Source: an uncultured Methanosarcinales archaeon
GTDB lineage: Archaea; Nanobdellota; Nanobdellia; Woesearchaeales; CAXGTL01
Direction: 5' to 3'
DNA length: 64,000 bases
Assembly (NCBI GenBank): GCA_964645705.1
Contig: CAZYAB010000004.1
Location: 295 to 64,294 of the forward strand
Below, piece by piece: positions 20,284 through 28,865 of the stretch. The notes below the pieces were generated by a model. That model was given only the letters and a program-made list of their open reading frames with translations. It was not told the origin of the DNA and did no database searches. Each line of letters opens with the position of its first letter. The first letter of the stretch is position 1. Both the position numbers and the translations under genes were made by a program.

Positions 20284-21669
20284 CTATTTCAACCAATTAG
20301 TAAAAATCTTTTTAGCATCCTCATCAAACAATAATTTTTCAAAAATATACTCAAACTGTTTTTTAACTAATATGCATCTCATTGTTTTATTAACATCAAC
20401 AATCAAGCTTTTGTGTTCAGAATAATTACAAACAGGGCACAAACCACAATATGGCTGCCATACACAATCATCACATTGTTGCACATCATTAATAGAAGCT
20501 AGAACAATGCTTGAACTAGTGTCATTAATAATAACATCACTTGGTTGTTGATTGATTGTTCCAATCATAAACAAATCATCATCAATCATCCTTGCTTCAT
20601 CACATGAATAAATCTTTCCATTAGGTGCATAAGTTAGCTGACTAATGCAAGCACCGCACGGACTTCTTAGTTCTGTATAATTCGGTTCAATATGTTCTAA
20701 TATTTTCTGTAGTATTATTAATGTAAATCTTTCAACAATCCTTGTATTTTTTTTATTTAATTCAATTATATAATCTAATGACTTTTTCCAATAATCAAAA
20801 TATTCATCAGCATCATATCCTATCTCTTGCCATGCTTTATCTGCACTCCCTAGTTTAGTCAAATGTCTTAGATGAATATTAGTAAATCCTTGTTTAACAT
20901 ATTCATCAATTATTTCTTTATGATAATCAAAAGCTTTTTTTGTAACTGTTATCAATGCATTAAGAATGAATTTATCATGAACAATTCCTTGTTGTTTCAT
21001 GTTTCTAATTTTACTTATCCAGTTAATAATTGTTTCATAATTACTATTAACATGTTTTCTTTGATAATCATGAACTTGTTTAGGACCGTCAAAAGAAGTG
21101 CACAAACCAATATCATTTTGTGCAATATACTTCATTATTTCTTCTGTCATTGATTCAAAATTAGTAACTAATGCAAATCTTAGATCTTTTTTATGTTCTA
21201 GATTAAGGTTTTTTGCATATTCAACTGCAAACTGCAATGTTTTATAATTAAGCAATGGTTCTCCTCCTTGAAACTCTATTGTTATGTGCTTAGTATTTGT
21301 TTTAAAAATAAAATCAATTATTTTTTTAGCAGTCTCAACAGTCATGCCTTTTCCACCAATTCTTTTTGAACTAGCTTGGCAATAAACACAATTAAGATTG
21401 CACTTATCAGTTAAAACAAGAATGTGTAAAGAAGGCCCTTGACATAAAAAAGAATATTTTTTAACAGGAAAATCATATTTTTCCTGTCCATCAGATATAA
21501 ACTCCTCACTTTTCAACAGATTATATAACTCTGTTTCTTGTTTTATTTCATCATTTTTAACAATATCAAATGATTCTTTTGTCAAGAAAACCCACTTGCC
21601 TAATTTATTGACTAATAAAAACTTGTTGTTTATTTCTGTGTAATTGTAAGGTTTTATTCTAGGTTTCAT
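20284..21669 (-). CDS. hxsB: His-Xaa-Ser system radical SAM maturase HxsB
   Basis: GPSLHILVLTDKCNLNCVYCQAS, IEFQGGEPLLN, ELRSPCGA...QLTY...G.IYSCDEARM, C..C.WQPYCG.CPV.N are HxsB-type motifs. Confidence 0.85.
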   Translation of the reverse strand: MKPRIKPYNYTEINNKFLLVNKLGKWVFLTKESFDIVKNDEIKQETELYNLLKSEEFISDGQEKYDFPVKKYSFLCQGPSLHILVLTDKCNLNCVYCQASSKRIGGKGMTVETAKKIIDFIFKTNTKHITIEFQGGEPLLNYKTLQFAVEYAKNLNLEHKKDLRFALVTNFESMTEEIMKYIAQNDIGLCTSFDGPKQVHDYQRKHVNSNYETIINWISKIRNMKQQGIVHDKFILNALITVTKKAFDYHKEIIDEYVKQGFTNIHLRHLTKLGSADKAWQEIGYDADEYFDYWKKSLDYIIELNKKNTRIVERFTLIILQKILEHIEPNYTELRSPCGACISQLTYAPNGKIYSCDEARMIDDDLFMIGTINQQPSDVIINDTSSSIVLASINDVQQCDDCVWQPYCGLCPVCNYSEHKSLIVDVNKTMRCILVKKQFEYIFEKLLFDEDAKKIFTNWLK

Positions 21670-21697
21670 TTTAATATTATTTTCTAGCCCTTATCTT

Positions 21698-21733
21698 ACC
21701 AGGGGCGGGTGGTTGGGGGTGATGGGTGGTGGG
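21698..21733 (+). repeat. 36-bp G-rich element, copy B (intergenic, upstream of hxsB); G-quadruplex-type motif
   Basis: ACCAGGGGCGGGTGGTTGGGGGTGATGGGTGGTGGG; five G-tracts of at least 3 nt. Confidence 0.75.
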
Positions 21734-21750
21734 GAATATTTATTTAATAT

Positions 21751-22011
21751 TTACACCTCATTTTTATCTTTCATCAACACAAAGATATAATTGCAAAGTT
21801 CTAGACATGTTTTTTCATAATCATCTACATCAACATTATCATTAAATATGATATTAATAACAAAATAATTAACATCGACAACAATCTCAAAATTGAAAAA
21901 ATCACTAAACTCCTTACAAGATTCACTGATAGAATCTCGACTATAAATGTCTTTATTTAACTCGATAATTGCTGATTTATTCTCTTTATTTATCTTTATC
22001 ATTTTCATCAT
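21751..22011 (-). CDS. HxsD-like small protein
   Basis: IELNKDIYSRDSI...C.EF.DF...LELCNY pattern resembles HxsD; located in the hxsB operon. Confidence 0.6.
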   Translation of the reverse strand: MMKMIKINKENKSAIIELNKDIYSRDSISESCKEFSDFFNFEIVVDVNYFVINIIFNDNVDVDDYEKTCLELCNYIFVLMKDKNEV

Positions 22012-22348
22012 TAGTTTTATTAGTATTAGATATTAATTGCATGATAAAGTCGACAAACTCTTTTTTATCATTTAATTTATTCTTGTGAATATCATAAACA
22101 TTTAATTGAGAGACCACATCACTAGATAACAATTTCAAATCATCTTTATTTAATCTAATTTTAGGAATAAGAGTAATAATAAAACCACCTTGAATTATAT
22201 CCTTGTCTAATAATAAATAATTATCATCTGAAAAACCAAACAAAGCTGAAGAAATAGTATTTAGATCTAGATGAGATGAAGAATTTAGAATAATCTTATT
22301 ATTCTCATGATCAATTACAATATTTTCATTAGGTATTAAATTCATCAT
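21986..22348 (-). CDS. hxsD: His-Xaa-Ser system protein HxsD-like
   Basis: TISSALFGFSDDNYLLLD...ITLIPK...LKLL.SDVVSQL...EFVDFIMQLI resembles HxsD. Start overlaps the peptidase stop (ATGA). Confidence 0.55.
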   Translation of the reverse strand: MMNLIPNENIVIDHENNKIILNSSSHLDLNTISSALFGFSDDNYLLLDKDIIQGGFIITLIPKIRLNKDDLKLLSSDVVSQLNVYDIHKNKLNDKKEFVDFIMQLISNTNKTNDENDKDK

Positions 22349-23190
22349 AACCATCCCATCAAAATAAATATAAGATTTATAAACATTCCTCCTGATATAA
22401 TTGTTAATAAAACACCGACAAATGCAAAAGGCGCAAATGCAACATATTTATTCTTTTCAGACAATGCAACTTCTATTAAAAAGAATCTTATAAACATAAA
22501 CAACACATAATATAAAACAAATATTTTAAAAAAATCAAAATTAAAAATTAGATTATATTGAAAAAATAATCTTAATAATGATAAGAATATGTAAACAAGA
22601 ATAGAATTATTATAAGCTCTTTTAAAAAAGAAATCAAGAACATAATAAAATAATAAAATTAGAATTATTCTCGATAAAAAGTTATTAAAAAATGAAAAAG
22701 TAATAAGAATATAATCAACAATTCCCATGACAATGAATACAAGAAGAATTGATTTAATTATTTCTTTATAATTAAGTCTTTTAAATATTTCTTTATTTTT
22801 AAACATGACAGAATGCATAAAAATAAACAAAGCATATGGAACAAAAATATTGATAAATAAAAAAATATTAGGAAATGAATAAAAATGATTTATTGAATAA
22901 ACAGTTAGAGGTAATAAAAAAGTATAAGCAATTATTAATTTCGCATCACCAGCAGGCCAATAACCCAATAGCCAAAGTACAATGCAAATTATGATTGTTA
23001 AAATTAAATTAATCAAAAAAGTCTTGTAATAATCTAAATTAAAATCCTTAAAAAACAACAACATATTCAAAACAATACTAACAACAATAGAATAAACAAT
23101 CCATTTATTCTTTATCTTATTATACTTAATATCTTGATAAGATGTAAATATTCCTATTATCAATATAATTGGTAAAAAATAATATATCAT
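22345..23190 (-). CDS. A24 family (prepilin/preflagellin-type) aspartic membrane peptidase
   Basis: Two catalytic Asp motifs (SYQDIKYNKIKN, WPAGDAKLI), polytopic membrane protein, C-terminal AFAPF. Confidence 0.85.
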   Translation of the reverse strand: MIYYFLPIILIIGIFTSYQDIKYNKIKNKWIVYSIVVSIVLNMLLFFKDFNLDYYKTFLINLILTIIICIVLWLLGYWPAGDAKLIIAYTFLLPLTVYSINHFYSFPNIFLFINIFVPYALFIFMHSVMFKNKEIFKRLNYKEIIKSILLVFIVMGIVDYILITFSFFNNFLSRIILILLFYYVLDFFFKRAYNNSILVYIFLSLLRLFFQYNLIFNFDFFKIFVLYYVLFMFIRFFLIEVALSEKNKYVAFAPFAFVGVLLTIISGGMFINLIFILMGWL

Positions 23191-23254
23191 ATATTTATGG
23201 AAACAAAACAATAATATAAAGATTTATATATTAGAATACTCTAAACACATATAT

Positions 23255-24040
23255 ATGTATAAAAAAAAGAGTCAGGTAACAGTGTTCATAATAATTGGAA
23301 TTATTTTATTAGCTTGTGTTTCTTTTGTCTTTTTCTACCTAAGCTTAGAAACAGATCAAGATTCTTCTAAAGAAGATACTGGAAAAGACCAACACATAAT
23401 AGGGTTTATTGAAGGATGCGTTGACCAGAAATCAAAGCAAGCATTATTTTATCTAGGATTTATAGGTGGTGATACATGGGTAGAATCAACAGACGGCGAA
23501 GTTACTGATCCATTCCGTGGCTTATATTATGAATATGATGAATACTATAAAATTCCTTACCATTTTTACAATAATATTCCTATAATTGAATCTATTAAGA
23601 TTGAAAAAATATTGTCAACTTTTATGGATGATAATCTAAAATATTGTATAAAAAGTTTTCAAAATTTTGATGATGCTGAGTTTGAGTTTGGTGAAGCAAA
23701 GACAGAAATATTTCTTAAAGACGAAGAAGTTGTTTTTAATGTTGATTATCCTGTCACTGTAAAAAGATTTGAATATGAACGAACACTTGGTCCTGTGTTC
23801 ACTGCAAACATTCCACTAAGACTCAAAAAAATGGATGAAATAAGCAGAGAAATAGTTAACAGAGCAAAAGGCGATAAATCTCTAGTACACTGGAACTATT
23901 TAACAGACATTGGTGAACAAGATTTCAACATAACAGCTTACACAGGAGAAGACGACACAATGATCTACAGAATCATTGACCAAAAGTACAAAATAGACAA
24001 TCATGAATTTGTCTATCAATTTTGCATAAAAGCCAAATAA
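23255..24040 (+). CDS. Pilin-like protein with class III signal peptide
   Basis: MYKKKSQVTVFIIIGIILL; FIEGCV...ALFYLGFIGG motif shared with the gene at 1-2492. Confidence 0.7.
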   Translation: MYKKKSQVTVFIIIGIILLACVSFVFFYLSLETDQDSSKEDTGKDQHIIGFIEGCVDQKSKQALFYLGFIGGDTWVESTDGEVTDPFRGLYYEYDEYYKIPYHFYNNIPIIESIKIEKILSTFMDDNLKYCIKSFQNFDDAEFEFGEAKTEIFLKDEEVVFNVDYPVTVKRFEYERTLGPVFTANIPLRLKKMDEISREIVNRAKGDKSLVHWNYLTDIGEQDFNITAYTGEDDTMIYRIIDQKYKIDNHEFVYQFCIKAK

Positions 24041-24041
24041 A

Positions 24042-26180
24042 ATGAACAAAAAACAAATATTATGTTTATGTATGATGTTTATGATAGTTTTTGGTAGTTT
24101 TGGTGTTGTTGCTTTAGAAGGAGAAGATATTGAGAAATTGATTGTTGGTTATTTGGTTGGTAAGATACTCGAAAACATGATGAGACCAAAAGTACAAAAA
24201 GAAGGTTGTGATGCTGTTATAGACAATACCCAATTGTACAAGAATAAAGAATGTGGTTCAATAGAAGCAAGAAAACAATTTGAAACTTGTAAACAAACAG
24301 GTAAATCCACATGTAAATCGCAAGAGGAAACAAGATGTAGAACTATATGTTGTCCGTTTCCTGTACCACCCGGAGGATGTGCAAGTGGTATTGGAGAAAG
24401 CGAACAAATTGATTGTACAGGTTCAACACCTCGTTATTATGATAAAAAAACATGTGCAAAAGCAAAAGGAATTTATGATGCATATGCAAATGCACTCAAA
24501 GCATGTGGGGAACAAGCTAATGTTGAACAAAGAATTAATAAATTAAAAAGTGCCGACTTTACAGATCAAGATTGTACACAATTAAATGAATGCATAACAA
24601 AAAGTGTGACAATGACACAAAATACTGCAAAGGATATTGCTAGTAGATGTGCAGATAAGATTGACATGGATAAACTCAAAGATGCAGTAAAAAGAAGAAA
24701 TGGGGTTGAAGGCATAGATCCAAAAGACATTGATAAAAGAATGATGGAAGCAATTGATGATAATGTTCCAAGACTTGATAATGCACAAGCCAATGCAGGA
24801 GCATCAAGTGCAACTGATAAACAAGCAATACAATATGATAAAAAACAACTTAGCAAAGATACAACAACAAAATTAGACGGCAGACACACTGATGCCGCAG
24901 AACTAAGCAAAGCAGAACCATCAACAAATCCAGGTACAGCAGCTAAATCAGATCCAGTACCAACAACCAAACCACCAGCAAAACCAGCACCACAACCACC
25001 AGGAGGCACACCACCACCACCAAACGAAGTCAAACAATTTGGTAAAGATATTGGTAAACAATTAATAGCAAAAGCGATAGACCAACTAGTATTTCCAAAA
25101 GACGACACACAACAACCACATGAAGAAACAAGAACACAAAAAGCAACAACAGGCACACCAAACACATGCACAAACTGCGCATTACAAGGCAAAGAATATG
25201 GTGAACTTCAAGGCAAATGCAGAGAATGTATTACAGTTGCAGGAATAGAAACAGCTGCAGCAGACGCAGCAAACACAATTACAGAAACAATAAACAATAT
25301 TGAACCAGATGAACCAGCAGAAGTAGCAGACGTTACAGGTTTAGAATCAACAACAGGCGAAGCAATACTTAACCCAAAACTAAAAGGAATATTAGTAGAT
25401 GCTTCACAATTTGACACAAGAGGATTTAAATTTACACACTGGAATAGAGCATCATTAACAACAAAGAATTTCTATAAACCAGAAAGAGACTTATTACAAT
25501 ATTATGAAGCAGGCCCAGCAGTCATAAGCACATTAGGACCTGGTGAAAAAAAGAACATGTTCTTGTTAAAAGGGCAAGGCAATGATGACCTAGAAAACTT
25601 AGATGGTTTTACATACAAGATAGACAAAGACGGAACAACAAGAATCTTAACAACAAACCCAAGAGGAGCACTTGTACAAGATGAAGATGAACAAACAGTA
25701 TGGTTGAACAGAGGCGATACAATCTATAAAAACGAAATCTTTACAACAAACACAGAAATAATTTCAGCTGACCATGCAGTCAAGATAAGACCAACACAAA
25801 AAACAAAAAAACTTGAATACATTAATGTAAAACTAGGTGACAGAGCTCCTGTTAAAAAGAAAAGCATCGGCATAACAAAAGATAAAATATTCACAAGATC
25901 TATTGATTCAAAGATTTATTTTATATCGCCTGACAACAGACACTTTACAATACAAACAATTGGTAACAGCATTGCTGGAAGATATGAACCTCATAATAAA
26001 GACGCAGAAATACCAGTAGAATACCAAATAGAAACAGACACTAATTACAAATATTCACTTACAAAAGGTTCAACAATAGTCAAAGACAAAAATAATAAAA
26101 TTATCCAAGACTCAACAGAGCATGATGTAGAAACATTGAGCAATTATCAACAAAAAATGCTTGAACTAAGAAAAAAATGA
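24042..26180 (+). CDS. Secreted hypothetical protein, Cys-rich N-terminal region and Pro-rich linker
   Basis: Signal peptide, many Cys in the first 200 aa, TTKPPAKPAPQPPGGTPPPP linker. Confidence 0.6.
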   Translation: MNKKQILCLCMMFMIVFGSFGVVALEGEDIEKLIVGYLVGKILENMMRPKVQKEGCDAVIDNTQLYKNKECGSIEARKQFETCKQTGKSTCKSQEETRCRTICCPFPVPPGGCASGIGESEQIDCTGSTPRYYDKKTCAKAKGIYDAYANALKACGEQANVEQRINKLKSADFTDQDCTQLNECITKSVTMTQNTAKDIASRCADKIDMDKLKDAVKRRNGVEGIDPKDIDKRMMEAIDDNVPRLDNAQANAGASSATDKQAIQYDKKQLSKDTTTKLDGRHTDAAELSKAEPSTNPGTAAKSDPVPTTKPPAKPAPQPPGGTPPPPNEVKQFGKDIGKQLIAKAIDQLVFPKDDTQQPHEETRTQKATTGTPNTCTNCALQGKEYGELQGKCRECITVAGIETAAADAANTITETINNIEPDEPAEVADVTGLESTTGEAILNPKLKGILVDASQFDTRGFKFTHWNRASLTTKNFYKPERDLLQYYEAGPAVISTLGPGEKKNMFLLKGQGNDDLENLDGFTYKIDKDGTTRILTTNPRGALVQDEDEQTVWLNRGDTIYKNEIFTTNTEIISADHAVKIRPTQKTKKLEYINVKLGDRAPVKKKSIGITKDKIFTRSIDSKIYFISPDNRHFTIQTIGNSIAGRYEPHNKDAEIPVEYQIETDTNYKYSLTKGSTIVKDKNNKIIQDSTEHDVETLSNYQQKMLELRKK

Positions 26181-26461
26181 AAAGAAAAACATTATTTATA
26201 ATATCATTGATATATAGCATATTATTACTTTTAGGATCAATATATCATTTAATTATTGGTTTTATAATGTCTATGATGGGTTCAGGAGGTCTTATATTAG
26301 GAATAATTGAATTTATAATTGCAGTGTTAGTATTTATAGGAGCAATAGGTATAAAAAACAATAAAAAATATGGAAAGATTTTGTTAATAATAACAGGAAT
26401 AATAACATCACCTTTAGGACTTATAATTCTTATACCTTTAATAATTGGTATAGAGGATTAA
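26177..26461 (+). CDS. Small membrane protein (about 3 TM)
   Basis: Hydrophobic segments; start overlaps the upstream stop (ATGA). Confidence 0.6.
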   Translation: MKRKTLFIISLIYSILLLLGSIYHLIIGFIMSMMGSGGLILGIIEFIIAVLVFIGAIGIKNNKKYGKILLIITGIITSPLGLIILIPLIIGIED

Positions 26462-27123
26462 GCCAAAGTCAAACCTTCACAAATATATTTATCAGATTTC
26501 TTAAACTTATTTTCTTTAATCTTTTCATAAACATTTTTCAATGCATTCTTAGCATCAGAAGTTTGCGCTTTTAAAACAATCAATAAAGCAATCAAATCAT
26601 GATAATATCTCATTTCTTTTGCATTCTTAGCAAAAGAAGCAATTGCAATCTTTACTTTATACTTTTTACAAAACCGAATATTTTGTATTATTCTGCCTAA
26701 CAATCTAGACCTTTTAAAATTACTAACATTAAGCAAAGAACCAAAACTAAAACAAACAATCTTTCCATGCTTTTTAGCTAACTTACACAATACCTGATCT
26801 AAACCAGAATTAACAAAATGTGTATGATCTTTTTTATTATTAAGCTCTAAATTAAACACAAGATCAATTTTCTTATCTTCAAACACTTTTCTTATAACAC
26901 CACTGTCTTTAGAACTACAATCAAAAACATTAAGAATAGATTTTTTTCCACCAATTAAACCAACAAAAAGCTTTATCTTTGTCATGCCACACAAAGAACT
27001 AACAATTTTAATTCCTTTATCATAATCATCATACAAAAGACATAAATCAGAATAACCTAATTTTTCAGCCATAGCTATAAAACTCTTTTCATTATTCCTA
27101 GGTATTACAATATCTATATACAT
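26458..27123 (-). CDS. rnp3: Ribonuclease P protein component 3 (Rpp30)
   Basis: AEKLGY, SGLDQVLCKLAKKHG, RFCKKYKV.IAIASFA....EMR...DLIAL. Confidence 0.8.
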   Translation of the reverse strand: MYIDIVIPRNNEKSFIAMAEKLGYSDLCLLYDDYDKGIKIVSSLCGMTKIKLFVGLIGGKKSILNVFDCSSKDSGVIRKVFEDKKIDLVFNLELNNKKDHTHFVNSGLDQVLCKLAKKHGKIVCFSFGSLLNVSNFKRSRLLGRIIQNIRFCKKYKVKIAIASFAKNAKEMRYYHDLIALLIVLKAQTSDAKNALKNVYEKIKENKFKKSDKYICEGLTLA

Positions 27124-27198
27124 ATATCTAATAAATCCTATATAATATATAAAAGTTAACCAAAAACTATTTAAAACACCACATCAACCTAAAACAAA

Positions 27199-27792
27199 AT
27201 GATAAATATAAAAGAACATATTGATAAAGGATATATCCATGTAAGGGTCATATTAGAAGTAATGGGAAAACCCCAAGAACACGTAGAACAAGCAATAAAC
27301 AAATATATTGAAAAGATTGACAAAGAACAAAAAACAATTATCACAAAAAAGTTCATATCACAAGCAAAAAAACTAGAAAACGCAGAATTATTCAGTTTAT
27401 TTGCAGAGCTAGAATTACTTGTAAAAGGATTCCAATCATTGATAGACTTTTGTTTTAATTACATGCCATCATCAATAGAAATCTATGAACCAAACAAGAT
27501 ACACGTAGATGCAAGCAAGATGTCAACATTATTCAATGATTTCCAAGAAAAGCTTCATAAAGCTGATTTATTAACAAAAACAACATTACAACAAAATGTA
27601 ATACTTACAAAAAACCTTGATGGAATGATAAGAAATGCATTGTTTATATTACTAAGAGAAAAAGGAATGAAATTAGAAGAAGTATCTAAGATGATGGGAC
27701 TAACACCTAAAGACATGGAAAAATATTTAGATAAGTTTATTAAAGAAAACAAGATAAGAAAGATAGGAGATAAATATTTTGTTGAATTTTAA
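27199..27792 (+). CDS. Conserved hypothetical protein with C-terminal winged helix
   Basis: ILEVMGKPQEHVE, FSLFAELE, NYMPSSIEIYEP, C-terminal HTH-like segment. Confidence 0.6.
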   Translation: MINIKEHIDKGYIHVRVILEVMGKPQEHVEQAINKYIEKIDKEQKTIITKKFISQAKKLENAELFSLFAELELLVKGFQSLIDFCFNYMPSSIEIYEPNKIHVDASKMSTLFNDFQEKLHKADLLTKTTLQQNVILTKNLDGMIRNALFILLREKGMKLEEVSKMMGLTPKDMEKYLDKFIKENKIRKIGDKYFVEF

Positions 27793-27794
27793 AG

Positions 27795-28547
27795 ATGGAA
27801 GAAAACATAAAAAAAGTTGAAGCAGTATTATTCTCAGTAGGTAAAAAGATCAAGCTAGAAGAATTATCAAGATTAACAGAAGTAACTAACATGGATGATC
27901 TAAAAAGCATTCTTTACCAGCTTCAAGAAGAATATGAAAAAAAACAAGGTTCTTTGATGTTAATAGAAGAAGGCGATTCATGGAAATTAACAGTCAGAGA
28001 AAAATTCATGCCACTTGTAAGAAATATTGTTACAGACACAGAACTGAGCAAAACAATAATGGAAACATTGGCAGTCATTGCATGGAAATATCCTATTCTA
28101 CAAAGCGACGTCATAAAGATAAGAACTAACAAAGCATATGACCACTTAAAAGAATTAGAAGAAAGTGGTTTTATATCTAGGACAAAGTTTGGCAGAACTA
28201 ACAAAATAAGATTAACAGACAGATTCTTTGCATACTTTGACTTGCCAAATGACAGAGAAAAAACACAGAACAAGTTTGAAAAATTATTACCTGAACGAGT
28301 TAAAAAGAAAATTGAAAAAATTCAAAGAGATATAAGAAACAAGGAAAAAGAATTAACACAAAGAAAAGAAAAAATAAAAAAATACGAAGAAATAAGAAAA
28401 CAAGAAAAGGAAGAACAAGATAAGATCGACAAAGGTGATATTGGTTTGGATGAAGAAGGAAAAGAGGAAAATACAGATGAAAACAAACTCACTAACGTTC
28501 GTAGCTTTCATTCTGAAAGCAATGAGAAGGAGGAAAATTCAGAATGA
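27795..28547 (+). CDS. scpB: SMC-Scp complex subunit ScpB
   Basis: VEAVLFS, ELSKTIMETLAVIAWKYPI.QS....IR....YDHLKEL.E.GFI...K.GRT. Confidence 0.9.
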   Translation: MEENIKKVEAVLFSVGKKIKLEELSRLTEVTNMDDLKSILYQLQEEYEKKQGSLMLIEEGDSWKLTVREKFMPLVRNIVTDTELSKTIMETLAVIAWKYPILQSDVIKIRTNKAYDHLKELEESGFISRTKFGRTNKIRLTDRFFAYFDLPNDREKTQNKFEKLLPERVKKKIEKIQRDIRNKEKELTQRKEKIKKYEEIRKQEKEEQDKIDKGDIGLDEEGKEENTDENKLTNVRSFHSESNEKEENSE

Positions 28548-28690
28548 AAACACTACTCCTTAAATGCCCAAAATGCAAGAACAATATGAAGTATCAATCT
28601 AGAGACATATCTCTGACAAACAAATCAAAGAAATGCGTGTATTGTGGCAGGTCATTCAGAGTTTTAGATAGGATAATAAAAAAAGTCTAA
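28544..28690 (+). CDS. 48-aa zinc-ribbon protein (not in the ORF track)
   Basis: MKTLLLKCPKCKNNMKYQSRDISLTNKSKKCVYCGRSFRVLDRIIKKV; two CxxC pairs; AAGGAGG SD; ATGA overlap with the scpB stop. Confidence 0.75.
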   Translation: MKTLLLKCPKCKNNMKYQSRDISLTNKSKKCVYCGRSFRVLDRIIKKV

Positions 28691-28865
28691 AAATCAAGCC
28701 AATTCTAAACCTTATTAACCAAAATAAAGCTCATTCTAATTTCCCTAAAACCCACAATTCAGCAAATACAGGCTCCCTATCCCCTAAATACAAACATAAG
28801 ACTTATAAAGTAAGAAATTTTCCAATTACTGTAGAAATTCGTTCTTAAAACAAGACAAAACAAAA

